Positions 1-9,569 of a stretch of 64,000 nt of DNA are shown here, piece by piece (the first letter of the stretch is position 1; every line of letters begins with the position of its first letter). Source of the DNA: Candidatus Doudnabacteria bacterium (GTDB lineage Bacteria > Patescibacteriota > Doudnabacteria > UBA920); NCBI GenBank assembly GCA_963768175.1, contig CAVYGQ010000001.1:840717-904716 (forward strand). The letters are read 5' to 3'. The position numbers and the translations under genes are program-made. The notes beneath the pieces are model-generated. The model saw nothing but the letters and a program-made list of their open reading frames with translations, did not search any database and was not told the DNA's origin.

Positions 1-665
1 CTAGGTCTTTAGAGGATTTGTTAAAATAGGTTTCGCTGGCGGCTTCTACGCCATAGGCGTTTCTGCCATAGGGAATTTCATTTAAGTATAGCTGGAGGAT
101 TTGGCTTTTGGAAAAGTGCGCGTCTATGGCAATAGCTAAAATTACTTCGCGGATTTTTCTGTCTATAGATTTGTTGTCGGTTAAAATGGCATTTTTGACA
201 AACTGTTGGGTAATGGTGCTGCCGCCTTGGGCTTTGCGGCCGCTTAAGATATCGGTTAAAATGGCTCTGGCAGTGCCGGTTAAGGATACGCCACCTTCTT
301 TATAAAAACTTTTGTCTTCAATGGCAATGGTCGCTTCTTGGGCCAGGGGTGGAATTTGGTCCAAAGTAACGAGCGTGCGTTTGTATTCGCCGTGGATTTC
401 GTAAAGCAGGCTGCCGTCGCGTGCGTAAATTTTGGTGGACTGGGGAACGTTGCGGTCAAGCAGTTTATTCGGGTCGGGCAGATCTTTGGAATAATACAAA
501 AACATTACTGCAATCAGCACCACCCCCAGCGCCACCAGGCGGAAAGCCCAGGTGAAAAACCTTTTCCAGCCCGATTTAAAGCCGGAACTTTTTTTTATTT
601 TGCTTGGTTTCGGGAATTTCCCCGAAGTGCTGGGTTTGGGGGGTTGGTAGGAATATACACGCATG
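1..665 (-). CDS. Class A penicillin-binding protein, N-terminal transglycosylase (GT51) domain; runs off the window start (partial)
   Basis: Minus-strand translation from ATG at 663-665 gives MRVYSYQPP, then a TM segment, then EDKSFYKEGGVS and GGSTITQQF, which are GT51 motifs. The plus-strand ORFs 108-305 and 338-673 in the track are antisense artifacts. Confidence 0.75.
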
Positions 666-738
666 GTGTATAAATTATAGCTGTTTTTAAGGTTAAAGAA
701 AAATGCTATAATAAGAAGAAGAAATTAAGGTTACGCAA

Positions 739-1941
739 ATGGGCATCATTACGGATAGAAAAAGGATTGATGAAATATTAAACCGGGGCATAGTGGTTGA
801 GGTTTTGCCGTCCAAGGAAGAATTTGTAAAAAAATTACAGTCCGGTGAGCGCCTAAAAATTTATATCGGGGCCGACCCCACCTCAAACTCCTTGCATCTT
901 AGCCACGCGAAAAATTATATGCTCCTCGAGGAGCTGCGTCAGCTTGGGCACCAGGTGACAATTTTGTTTGGGGATTTTACCGCCCAAATAGGCGACCCCA
1001 CGGGTAAAAGCGCCGCGCGGCCCTTGCTTTCCGAAAAGGAAATAAAAAACAATGTTAAAGGCTGGCTGGCACAAATTAAATCGTTAATGGATTTTAAAAG
1101 TAAACAAAATCCTCCAAAAATTGCTTATAACGGCAAATGGCTTTCCAAATTAAGTTTAAAAGATGTAATCAAGCTGGCTGCGAATTTTACGGTTCAACAA
1201 ATGATAGAACGAGACATGTTTGAAAAGCGCTGGGACAGCAATGTTCCGATTTATTTGCACGAGTTTATTTATCCGTTAATGCAGGGTTATGACAGCGTCG
1301 CTTTGGATACGGATGTGGAGATGTGCGGTACGGATCAGACGTTTAATGCGCTCGCCGGGCGGCTGCTATTAAAAAGGTTGAAGGACAAAGAAAAGTTTGT
1401 GTTGATTGTTAATTTAATGGCTAACCCGAAAACCGGCCAGCTTATGTCCAAGAGCCAAGGTACCGGAGTATTTTTATCTTCTCCGCCGAATGAAATGTAT
1501 GGCGCCATTATGGCCCAACCGGATGAGATGATTGAAGTGTTATTTATTAATTGTACCAGAACCCCTTTGGCCGAAAAAAATATAGTTTTAGGGTTGGGGC
1601 CGAGGGACGCCAAGGCCAAAGTCGCGTTTGAGATTGTAAAAAAGTTTTATGGCGAGAAAAGGGCCGTTTTAGCCCAGGAGGCGTTCGTGTCCCAGTTTAG
1701 CAAAGGCGAGCTGCCCAAAGAAATTCCGACAAAAAAAATTAACCCAGGTTCTTATCAGATTTCGCAACTTATTGTTATGGTTGGTTTGGCAGCAAGCCGA
1801 TCTGAAGCCAGACGACTTATGGAGCAGGGAGGCGTTCAATTGTCCGGCCAAGTTGAAAAATTTGATGATACTTTACTGGTCAAAGGCGGTGACAATTTAC
1901 TGTTACAGGTAGGAAAAAGAAAATTTATCAGGATTATCTGA
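739..1941 (+). CDS. tyrS: Tyrosyl-tRNA synthetase
   Basis: HLSH (HIGH-like) and KMSKS-like (LMSKSQG) motifs, a C-terminal S4 domain and 400 aa length. Confidence 0.88.
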   Translation: MGIITDRKRIDEILNRGIVVEVLPSKEEFVKKLQSGERLKIYIGADPTSNSLHLSHAKNYMLLEELRQLGHQVTILFGDFTAQIGDPTGKSAARPLLSEKEIKNNVKGWLAQIKSLMDFKSKQNPPKIAYNGKWLSKLSLKDVIKLAANFTVQQMIERDMFEKRWDSNVPIYLHEFIYPLMQGYDSVALDTDVEMCGTDQTFNALAGRLLLKRLKDKEKFVLIVNLMANPKTGQLMSKSQGTGVFLSSPPNEMYGAIMAQPDEMIEVLFINCTRTPLAEKNIVLGLGPRDAKAKVAFEIVKKFYGEKRAVLAQEAFVSQFSKGELPKEIPTKKINPGSYQISQLIVMVGLAASRSEARRLMEQGGVQLSGQVEKFDDTLLVKGGDNLLLQVGKRKFIRII

Positions 1942-1942
1942 A

Positions 1943-1978
1943 GCAAAACCCCTCCAGTTTGGAGGGGTTTTGCTTTAC
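1943..1978. terminator. Rho-independent terminator hairpin after tyrS
   Basis: aaaacccctccagtttggaggggtttt: GC stem flanked by A and T runs. Confidence 0.7.
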
Positions 1979-2319
1979 GTGTTATATTCTGGCGTAGTCC
2001 GCAGTTTTACAGAGTATCGCCTGGAACTTCACCGTCTTTATCTTCATCCTTGTCGTCATCTAAAGGGGTGGCAACTACGCCGCCATCGGTTAAAGTGTCG
2101 TCTTCGTCGTCAAAAAACATATTATTTTACCCCGCGCCAATTAAGTAAAGTATTGAATTTAACCAATGCAATTTTTTTAATTGGTGATCACCATTTTCCC
2201 AAAAATTAGTAAGGGAATTGGTGCGGGGTGAACTTAATGCTTAAAGCCTTAACTTTTTTGGCTTGCCGCAATTATACCAAGGGGCTTATGGCATTGCAAA
2301 CCCAGTTGTGCACAGCCGC

Positions 2320-2817
2320 TTACAAGCTATTGCGCAGGCTTTTTATAAAATAATGCCCGGCACATAGGGCGATAGCCAGAGCGTCCGCCGCGTCGTCGGG
2401 CCTAGGGGCTGATTTTAATTTAAAAGTCTTTTGGATGATATATTGCACTTGTTTTTTTTCCGCTTTGCCGTAACCGCAAATAAAACTTTTTACTTGTAGC
2501 GGAGTAAATTCCAGAATCGGGAGATTTAGCGTCTGGCAAATTAGCAGCACTACTCCCCTGGCTTGCGAAACGGTCATTACGGTTTTTTGGTTGGTGGTAA
2601 AAAAAAGCTTTTCCACACCTACGGCGTCCGGTTTATATTTTTTTATCAGCTTTTTTAAATCATCAGCCAAAATTTTTAACCGCTTGGCATCGCCCAAAGT
2701 TTTTTTTGTTGTAATAACCCCAAAATCAACCAAAGTAAAATCATTGGATTTTTTTGAGGACTGGATTATTCCAAATCCGGTGGTGGCGGTTCCGGGGTCA
2801 ATTCCGAGTATGGTCAT
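2320..2817 (-). CDS. ruvC: Holliday junction resolvase RuvC
   Basis: MTILGIDPGTATTGFGII N-terminus and 165 aa, matching RuvC. Confidence 0.88.
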   Translation of the reverse strand: MTILGIDPGTATTGFGIIQSSKKSNDFTLVDFGVITTKKTLGDAKRLKILADDLKKLIKKYKPDAVGVEKLFFTTNQKTVMTVSQARGVVLLICQTLNLPILEFTPLQVKSFICGYGKAEKKQVQYIIQKTFKLKSAPRPDDAADALAIALCAGHYFIKSLRNSL

Positions 2818-2884
2818 GTTAACATATTATCATTTTAGCATTCTAACAATTGAAAAATGTTAGTATGTTAAAATGTTTAAATGA

Positions 2885-3601
2885 TCAGAGGTTTGCTGAC
2901 GTGTGCACCGCTATTACGTCTTCGTCATTTTCCAGCTCCTGAAACAGCGCGTCAACTTTCAGTTTTTGCTCTTCGGTTAGGTCCGTGCCTTGGGAGCTTT
3001 CTTTAATAATCTCCGCTTGGGCGATTTTGGCGCCGGCCTTTTCCAGGACTTGTTTGATTTTGTTCAAATCCGTGGGCTTGGTGTAAACTTCCAAACCTTC
3101 TTCTGACTCGCGTACATCATCGGCCCCCGCATCTATAGCCGCCAATTCAATATCAGATATTTCTGCATCGCGTTCTACCAAAATTTGTCCCTTGGTGGAA
3201 AATTGCCACGCCACGCTCCCTTGTGCCCCTAAGTTGCCGCTGTGTTTGGAGAACACATGTTTGATGTCATTGGTTGTCCTGTTGGGATTATCGGTTGCCG
3301 CTTCCACCAAAAATGCCGTGCCAAATGGCCCGTAGCCTTCATAAACCACTTCTTTTACTGCGCCGGCCCCTTCGCCAAGCGCGTTTTTGATTGCCCTGTC
3401 TATATTATCATTCGGCATGCCTTGTGCTTTGGCGGAATCCACGACGCTCTTTAATTTAAAATTCGCTTCTGGGTTTCCACCCCCGCCTTCCTTAACGGCA
3501 ATGGAAATTTTTTTGGAAAATTTGGAAAACAGCAGTCCTTTTTTTTGGTCAAGGGCTCCCTTAGTTCTTTTGATTTGCGACCATTTACTGTGACCGGACA
3601 T
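2885..3601 (-). CDS. yebC: YebC/PmpR family DNA-binding regulatory protein
   Basis: MSGHSKWSQIKRTKGALDQKKG... conserved N-terminus, 238 aa. Confidence 0.85.
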   Translation of the reverse strand: MSGHSKWSQIKRTKGALDQKKGLLFSKFSKKISIAVKEGGGGNPEANFKLKSVVDSAKAQGMPNDNIDRAIKNALGEGAGAVKEVVYEGYGPFGTAFLVEAATDNPNRTTNDIKHVFSKHSGNLGAQGSVAWQFSTKGQILVERDAEISDIELAAIDAGADDVRESEEGLEVYTKPTDLNKIKQVLEKAGAKIAQAEIIKESSQGTDLTEEQKLKVDALFQELENDEDVIAVHTSANL

Positions 3602-3612
3602 AAATAAGTAAT

Positions 3613-3666
3613 GTAGCGCGCCGATTTATCGGCAACTTGAGACAGCCCATAAATGGGCATGCTACG
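3613..3666. repeat. Compound palindromic intergenic repeat (copy 1 of 2; second copy at 55585-55637)
   Basis: GTAGCGCGCCGATTTATCGGCA...AGCCCATAAATGGGCA(T/C)GCTAC. Two inner palindromes, GCCGATTTATCGGC and GCCCATAAATGGGC, sit inside a GTAGCG/CGCTAC outer stem. Both copies carry identical 22-nt and 16-nt blocks. Confidence 0.8.
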
Positions 3667-3672
3667 CTGAGA

Positions 3673-4458
3673 TTATTTAAATGACACTAATACCGTAAAT
3701 TCTCCTTTAATGGAAGGTTTTTCTTTTAAAACATCAGAAACCTGCATCGGCGTACCGCGGATAAACTCTTCGTGCATTTTGGTGATTTCGCGGGCAATGA
3801 CGATTTGCGATGACGGAAAGGCATTGGTAATATAGTTTAAGGTTTTTAAAATCCGTTCCGGGGATTCATAAAAAATTGCTGTGGCTTCGGCATCGGCCGC
3901 GCTCTGCAGCGCCGAAACGGTTTTTGCCGCGGTTTTTTGTAAAAAACCCAAAAACATAAATTTATCGGTCGGCAAACCGGAGGCTGAAAGCGCGGCAATG
4001 GCGGCATTGGCTCCCGGGATCGGGACAACGGCCACATTTTCTTTTATGCACTCGCGCACCAAGCGAAAACCAGGATCGGAAATCCCGGGTGTGCCCGCAT
4101 CGGTAATTAAACAGCCGTCTTGTTTGGCCAGCCGGCGCGCCAGCTCTTTTACAATTTGTTGTTCGTTAAATTCCGCGAACTGAATAATTGGTTTCGCTGA
4201 AATTGCGAGGAGTGCATCCCGCCCCGACTCGCCGTCTTCGGCGAGGCGGGCCGACGAAGCAATCCCGTCTTTGTTTGAGATTGCCGCGCCCTCAGATGCA
4301 TTCGGGCTCGCAATTTCTAGACGTTCAATGTATTGCAGCAGCCTCCTGCTATATCCTGGATTTTCCGCAATAACAAAACTGCACGATTTTAAAGTTTCAA
4401 TCGCGCGCAGGGTTATGTCCCCCAGATTTCCTATTGGAGTCGCAACGATATACAACAT
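3673..4458 (-). CDS. rsmI: 16S rRNA (cytidine1402-2'-O)-methyltransferase RsmI, with an in-frame insertion of about 40 aa
   Basis: MLYIVATPIGNLGDITLRAIETL and ITDAGTPGISDPG motifs. An extra block, LEIASPNASEGAAISNKDGIASSARLAEDGESGRDALLAISAKP, is encoded by a GC-rich palindrome at 4205-4311. Confidence 0.8.
   Translation of the reverse strand: MLYIVATPIGNLGDITLRAIETLKSCSFVIAENPGYSRRLLQYIERLEIASPNASEGAAISNKDGIASSARLAEDGESGRDALLAISAKPIIQFAEFNEQQIVKELARRLAKQDGCLITDAGTPGISDPGFRLVRECIKENVAVVPIPGANAAIAALSASGLPTDKFMFLGFLQKTAAKTVSALQSAADAEATAIFYESPERILKTLNYITNAFPSSQIVIAREITKMHEEFIRGTPMQVSDVLKEKPSIKGEFTVLVSFK
4205..4311. repeat. GC-rich palindromic element inserted in frame in rsmI
   Basis: Arms gcgaggagtgcatc and gatgcattcgggctcgc are imperfect inverted repeats. 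The element contains nested hairpins ccgcc...ggcgg and ctcgccgtcttcggcgag and has higher GC than the flanking sequence. Confidence 0.65.
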
Positions 4459-4487
4459 TAGAATTTTAAATTTAAAATTTTATATCC

Positions 4488-4766
4488 CTACCAGTTTTTA
4501 TCCGGCGCTTCCAAACCAAAAGCCGCTTCTATAAAATCGTATTCCGCCTTAAGCTTGTCGCGGTATTCTTCCAGTTCGTTTTTTTGCTCGCCTTCGGCCT
4601 CGTACCATTCGTCATAGGAATTTTTTAATTCGTCATCAATCTCCTGCAGTCTCGCGTAGGCTTCGGCTTCTCCCTGCGGGCCCTGCTCCGCCCATTCCTC
4701 GTAGCTCATGCCGAGCGTCTTTTTGTATTTATCATCGTATAGGCTTTGTATGTCTTCTTGGTCCAT
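4488..4766 (-). CDS. Hypothetical acidic protein (92 aa)
   Basis: An ORF rich in E, D and Y with no recognisable domain. Confidence 0.4.
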   Translation of the reverse strand: MDQEDIQSLYDDKYKKTLGMSYEEWAEQGPQGEAEAYARLQEIDDELKNSYDEWYEAEGEQKNELEEYRDKLKAEYDFIEAAFGLEAPDKNW

Positions 4767-4924
4767 AGAAAGTTATATGATACGGATATACGGATTAAAT
4801 ACTGATGATACGGATAATACAGATATCCATCAAGACGTTGCCTGACAGAATCCGTATTATCAGTTTCATCCGCATGTATCAGTATATCAGTATCTCCAAT
4901 TAGTTATTATCTCTACCTATTTTA

Positions 4925-4992
4925 CTCTAAATCTCCAAAAAAGAAAAACCCTCTATGTATTGCCAAGGCCGTCGGGCCTGTTTGGCAATAGA
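4925..4992 (-). terminator. Rho-independent terminator for the dipeptidase operon
   Basis: The long inverted repeat ccctctatgtattgccaa...ttggcaatagaggg is followed on the minus strand by a T run. Confidence 0.6.
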
Positions 4993-5212
4993 GGGTCTTT
5001 CCGAAAAGTCAAAAGAAGCTTTTTGTAAGCCGAAAGATTTACCTTGCGGCCCATCGCCTTATAAATAAAGGCGATATACATCCTGACGAATCAGGATTGG
5101 TTAAAAAACTTTTAGTTGTTTTTTATTTTGGTTTCTTCTGATGAAGAACTAACTTTTCTATACTAAGTATAGCAAATTTTTAGGCAGTTGTCTAGGGCCC
5201 TGACCCGGCATT

Positions 5213-6199
5213 TTATAGCCTGCTAACTATTTTTGCCACGTTTCCATACATAATGCCGTAAATTTCATCATCCGTTAGTCCTGCTATTTCCGAGAGCTGT
5301 TCCGCAATAACCGACAGTTTTCCAATCTCATCAAACTCTTCAAAGAGATGTTGGGCGTCAAGCCCGCCGAAATCGGTCCCGATTGCCGAATATTCTGTTG
5401 AACCGGTTATATCACCGGCTTGTTTGTATGTTTCTATATAATTTTTGAAAGTTGGGAAAAAAGGATTTGCTGGCGTGAACCCGACCACTCCGCCGCGCTT
5501 GGCGATTTCTTTAAGTAATTCGGGAGTGATTAACCGCTGTTTTTCCGAACCCAGGCCGGTGTGGGTGGTGACAATTTTATTATAGTTTCGTACGCGCTCC
5601 AAAATATCGGCAGTAGTTTTGTGGTTGGCATGGGCGGTGTCTATTATCATTTTCAGCTCAACAAGCCGGTCAATTACTTTTTTTCCAAGGTCGGTCAAGC
5701 CCCTGTTTGGATCGCCTGACGAACCTCCGCCAAGCAGGTTGTCGTGGGAGTAGATTGGCCCAACTGACCTGACGCCGCGCGCATACAATTCGTCAGCTAT
5801 ATCGGGCGCAGTAACAATATCCCCGCCTTCTAAATGCAGGATGATTTGTTCTTGGCTGTAAGGCTGATTTTGCAAGCGTAAGTCTTGCGGTCGTGTAAGT
5901 ACTTTAAAGTCTTCGGTTGATTGGTAGTAATCGATCAACCTATTATATTCGTTGCGCACGCCTGCCAATACAACTTCATTTCCGGTTAAGGCGGCTTGTT
6001 TTATCTCCGTATTTGCCCGGCGGTAGATGGTGGCAAAATGCAAGTCTAGCAGTCTTAAGCCTTCGCGCGGCAATTGTTTGCCTCGTTCTTTGGCATGGGC
6101 AAGTTCGGGGTTGTTTAAAATTTGGCACAGCCAGGGATTGAGCCGGTCTTGGTGGAAATCCGCAGCGCGAAAATTTTTACCTTCCTTGGTGTTTAACAT
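5213..6199 (-). CDS. Membrane dipeptidase, peptidase M19 (renal dipeptidase) family
   Basis: An M19-like region (GLTDLGKKVIDRLVELKMIIDTAHA) and a 328 aa length. Confidence 0.6.
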   Translation of the reverse strand: MLNTKEGKNFRAADFHQDRLNPWLCQILNNPELAHAKERGKQLPREGLRLLDLHFATIYRRANTEIKQAALTGNEVVLAGVRNEYNRLIDYYQSTEDFKVLTRPQDLRLQNQPYSQEQIILHLEGGDIVTAPDIADELYARGVRSVGPIYSHDNLLGGGSSGDPNRGLTDLGKKVIDRLVELKMIIDTAHANHKTTADILERVRNYNKIVTTHTGLGSEKQRLITPELLKEIAKRGGVVGFTPANPFFPTFKNYIETYKQAGDITGSTEYSAIGTDFGGLDAQHLFEEFDEIGKLSVIAEQLSEIAGLTDDEIYGIMYGNVAKIVSRL

Positions 6200-6202
6200 A
6201 AG

Positions 6203-7141
6203 CTATTTGCGGTTAAGGGATCTATAGAAACCTAAAAATAGATTATTTAAATTTTGGCCTTGGAATTTGGCGCTGGCAGTCGCCACGCTTGCCGCGCTAA
6301 AACCCGGGTGTACATCTACTTCTATGAGAAAAAGCTTGTTGCCTTTAATTAGAATATTGGATTGGGAAAAAGTGCGGCAACCAAGCGCTTGGTGGGCGAT
6401 TTTGCTAATCTGTTTGACTTTTTTGATAATTTTGGGATTTAAGTGTGCCGGGAATTCTTTTAAAATCGCAGCCTTTCCATCTTTGATTTTTTTGGAAAGT
6501 AGGTCGCCGAGGACGCCGACCGGATCAAAAATTTTTGGTTCCCGGTTTCCAACAACAAGGCATGTTATTTCATAAGTCTTATTTATGTACTGTTCGGCAA
6601 TCATAGCCGAAACAGTGCCAATGTGCTTGTTGACTATTTTAATGCAGTTTTTTTGGCTTTTTGCAATAAACAATCCTCGGCTGTCAGTGCCGGCAACGTC
6701 TTTAATAATACATGGATAACCAATTCTGCTGACAGCTTTTAGTATAGTAGCCCTGGAATTTGTCCATAAGACTTTATCAATAAAAATGTCTTTTGCTACA
6801 GGTAAATGGCATTGCCGGAAAAAGGTTTTGGATAAAAATTTATTGGTTCCCAGAAAGGTTGCCAACGGCCCGGAGCCAAAGTACGGGATATTATAAAGTT
6901 CCAAAAAAGATTCTATGTCCGCTTCATTGCCCCGGCCATAAGCATTTTTTAAGACCACGCCGACTTGTTTGCGTTTAAAATCCTTTAATAATTCATCTGC
7001 CCCGGTGCGGCCGAAGTCATAAGCCTTAATCCGGAAATTTTTTAACTCGCGCTTCAAATCCAAAAGCTGTCTTTGATTTGCTTGAGCTTGCCCGGGATTG
7101 CCGTAAATAACGACGCCTAATTTTATAAGTTTGTTTTTCAT
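6203..7141 (-). CDS. ATP-grasp ligase, D-Ala-D-Ala ligase-like paralog
   Basis: An ATP-grasp fold with similarity to the Ddl C-terminal region. The ATGA overlap with the upstream 487-aa ORF indicates translational coupling. Confidence 0.6.
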   Translation of the reverse strand: MKNKLIKLGVVIYGNPGQAQANQRQLLDLKRELKNFRIKAYDFGRTGADELLKDFKRKQVGVVLKNAYGRGNEADIESFLELYNIPYFGSGPLATFLGTNKFLSKTFFRQCHLPVAKDIFIDKVLWTNSRATILKAVSRIGYPCIIKDVAGTDSRGLFIAKSQKNCIKIVNKHIGTVSAMIAEQYINKTYEITCLVVGNREPKIFDPVGVLGDLLSKKIKDGKAAILKEFPAHLNPKIIKKVKQISKIAHQALGCRTFSQSNILIKGNKLFLIEVDVHPGFSAASVATASAKFQGQNLNNLFLGFYRSLNRK

Positions 7142-8601
7142 AAATTGTTAAAGGTAATGCTGGCTAAATCGTTGAAATTTATGGTTTTCTCGAGTTTTTT
7201 TGCGGGCGGGATATATTTGGACGAGATATAGTCGTAAATATCGGCGGCGCCGGTTTTAAAGAAGTCGCCATATTTCATACTCACCGCCGCTTCAAGATAC
7301 TTTGGACTTAAAGGCCCGTCACAAAATATATCATGCGCGTATAAAGCCTTAAGCTGTCCGTCAAAGCGCCTGAAAAAAAGCGCCATACCGGCAACCAGCC
7401 CGGAGGTGTCAATGTTTTTAATAAGCGGGATTTCTTCCATAAAGGCGGAATGTTCAAGCGTTTTTAGCCATGCATTTTTAAACAGGCTTAAATAAATTGC
7501 GGACCCGTAGCCGGTTAGCGGACGCACGCCGGAGTAAAAATTTAACATTGAAAAAATCGAAAACAGGCTCGGGTAAATTTCTTTTTCCGCTAGCTTCTCC
7601 ATTATAGAACCCTTGTCCATATGGATTTTAAGATGTTCAAATCTGCTGTCGGCGGGAATCAGATATTCTCCTTGAAGGTACATGCGTAAAGAACGAGGCT
7701 GCCCGGGGTACTTTCTCCAGAAAAAGTGGGTGCCCTTTCCTTCTCTTTCCCGCCAGGTGATTATAATTCCTCGAAAGTTTTCCAGTATTTGATCCCGGAA
7801 AGGCTTATCAAAATAAGCGGCGGTTATAAAATTGTCTTCTTTTAACAGTTCAAGCAGACATTGGGTAGTAAGTTCTTCCTGGGTTATATAGAGCAAGTCC
7901 GGCAAAGTGGGGCGGGAGGCCTCGGGAAACAACAGTGGCCAGGTTTCTTTCACAATGACGGTAATTTGGTCGGCGTAGTCTTTGCATCTGTCAAAATTGA
8001 TTGATGAAATAAAGGTGTTAAAATCTTGTAAGAACTTTTGTTCTCCTTTAGTGAATTCATGCCATTGGTGGCTGATTTTAAGTCTGGCGACAAAATCAAA
8101 ATCTCTTTTTGTAATATAATAAGAGCAATGTTCCCGTTCGGCTACGCTAAAAAGGGGAACGTGCTTTCCATGCAGACAAAAGCCGCTTTTCCCGAAATAA
8201 TTATTGGGGGGCACATCGCCGCTGGAGACGACGATGGTGGCGTCCGCTTTTTCCTTTTGGAAAAATTTATTGACGCTGCTTATAACGTTGGCAGACAATA
8301 AAAACGGGTGGTTTAGTATCTGGTGATGGTCGGCAATATTGAAAGCAAGGGAATTTGCGAAGTTAATTTTTAATTTTTCTTTTGCATTGCCGCCGAACAA
8401 CCCTTCAAATTTACGGGTGATTTTATTTTTTAGCAGCTCCTGCCGTTTAAGGTGTAGAGCCGGAGTTTTAAAATTATATAGCCCGTCCGAAAACTCCCTG
8501 ATGCTTAATGGCATTTCAAAATATTCCCGGTAAAGCGGCGCATAACGGGTAATTTGGGAGATTATTTGGTCGCGCTCTTTTAAAATTTTAGCTATTTCCA
8601 T
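7138..8601 (-). CDS. Hypothetical protein of 487 aa with no recognised domain
   Basis: A long uninterrupted ORF, coupled to the ATP-grasp gene by a 4-nt overlap. Confidence 0.5.
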   Translation of the reverse strand: MEIAKILKERDQIISQITRYAPLYREYFEMPLSIREFSDGLYNFKTPALHLKRQELLKNKITRKFEGLFGGNAKEKLKINFANSLAFNIADHHQILNHPFLLSANVISSVNKFFQKEKADATIVVSSGDVPPNNYFGKSGFCLHGKHVPLFSVAEREHCSYYITKRDFDFVARLKISHQWHEFTKGEQKFLQDFNTFISSINFDRCKDYADQITVIVKETWPLLFPEASRPTLPDLLYITQEELTTQCLLELLKEDNFITAAYFDKPFRDQILENFRGIIITWREREGKGTHFFWRKYPGQPRSLRMYLQGEYLIPADSRFEHLKIHMDKGSIMEKLAEKEIYPSLFSIFSMLNFYSGVRPLTGYGSAIYLSLFKNAWLKTLEHSAFMEEIPLIKNIDTSGLVAGMALFFRRFDGQLKALYAHDIFCDGPLSPKYLEAAVSMKYGDFFKTGAADIYDYISSKYIPPAKKLEKTINFNDLASITFNNL

Positions 8602-8681
8602 AGGTATTTAAACTTTACTCCAATTCAAAAAATCCCGCCAGAATACGGTAAAATGCCAAAATTGTGTTTTAAAGTAATATT

Positions 8682-9434
8682 TTATTTTGTTTCCGCCTTA
8701 TCCCACATATACCAAAACCATTTACGATAGCTGTCGGCCAAATCCTTACTGTGCAAAATAAAGAATACAACATTATCAGAAAGCCTAAATAGTTCCAGGC
8801 CGGTGTAGGTAACTACATAGTCGCCAAAGACATGAAAAATGGAATTTGTGGAATATTCTTTTGGCAGAAAACGATATTTTAAAAGTCCCGGCCAGGTTTT
8901 GGCAAAATCTGGCGCCTGGGTTTTGATTTCATGATCAAATAATTGGTGAAATTTAATTTTTTTCCTGGCGGCTTCTTTAAAAAACGCCTGCCTGCTGGCT
9001 TCCAGTTTCGGTTCAAACCAGCCGCCTTTGGCCCCTACAACAAAATTTTCCTCACCAACGCGCAAAACATCCCGCCAAAGATTTTTTTGCCCTTCCAAGC
9101 CCCGATAAATATAGGCTTCTTCCGGGGCAATGCGACGGGTGAATTTCTTTTTTAAATCAGGAAGTATTTTTCCTAGGCTGGTTTGTTTTTCCGCCAGTAA
9201 TTCCGTCAGCTTGTCTGGGTCAACTGCATTGTAGAGATTTTCCGAAGATGAAAAAATCTCAAAGACTAAGCCTTTGTCTATAAGCCGGGCAATGGCATCA
9301 TAGGCATTGCGGCGGTGAATTTTGGCACTAACAGCTATCTTGCTAATACCCGCTTCCCCTGTTTCCACAAGGGATTCGTAAATTTTGGCTTCATTTGGCG
9401 AAAGCCCTAAGCTTAGGAATAAATCTTGGTTCAT
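8682..9434 (-). CDS. TrmB-family transcriptional regulator (paralog 1)
   Basis: N-terminal wHTH (LGLSPNEAKIYESLVETGEAGISKIAVSAKIHRRNAYDAIARLIDKGLV) with a TrmB-like C-terminal domain. Confidence 0.8.
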   Translation of the reverse strand: MNQDLFLSLGLSPNEAKIYESLVETGEAGISKIAVSAKIHRRNAYDAIARLIDKGLVFEIFSSSENLYNAVDPDKLTELLAEKQTSLGKILPDLKKKFTRRIAPEEAYIYRGLEGQKNLWRDVLRVGEENFVVGAKGGWFEPKLEASRQAFFKEAARKKIKFHQLFDHEIKTQAPDFAKTWPGLLKYRFLPKEYSTNSIFHVFGDYVVTYTGLELFRLSDNVVFFILHSKDLADSYRKWFWYMWDKAETK

Positions 9435-9569
9435 ATAATGTGGTGATGATTGCTACCATGTGGCGCTATTGGCCACTCAATATAGATAATATATGCTTAT
9501 CTGTCAACCGTCAACCCCGCCGCTCGCGAGCGGCGGGTCAAGAAACGGCTCTGATAGAAGGAGGAATAC

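Noticed and set aside
108-673. Plus-strand ORFs 108-305 and 338-673 from the ORF track.
   Set aside because: Their sequences are low-complexity and lack domains. The minus strand across 1-665 encodes a clear GT51 transglycosylase (PBP) N-terminus, so these are antisense artifacts.
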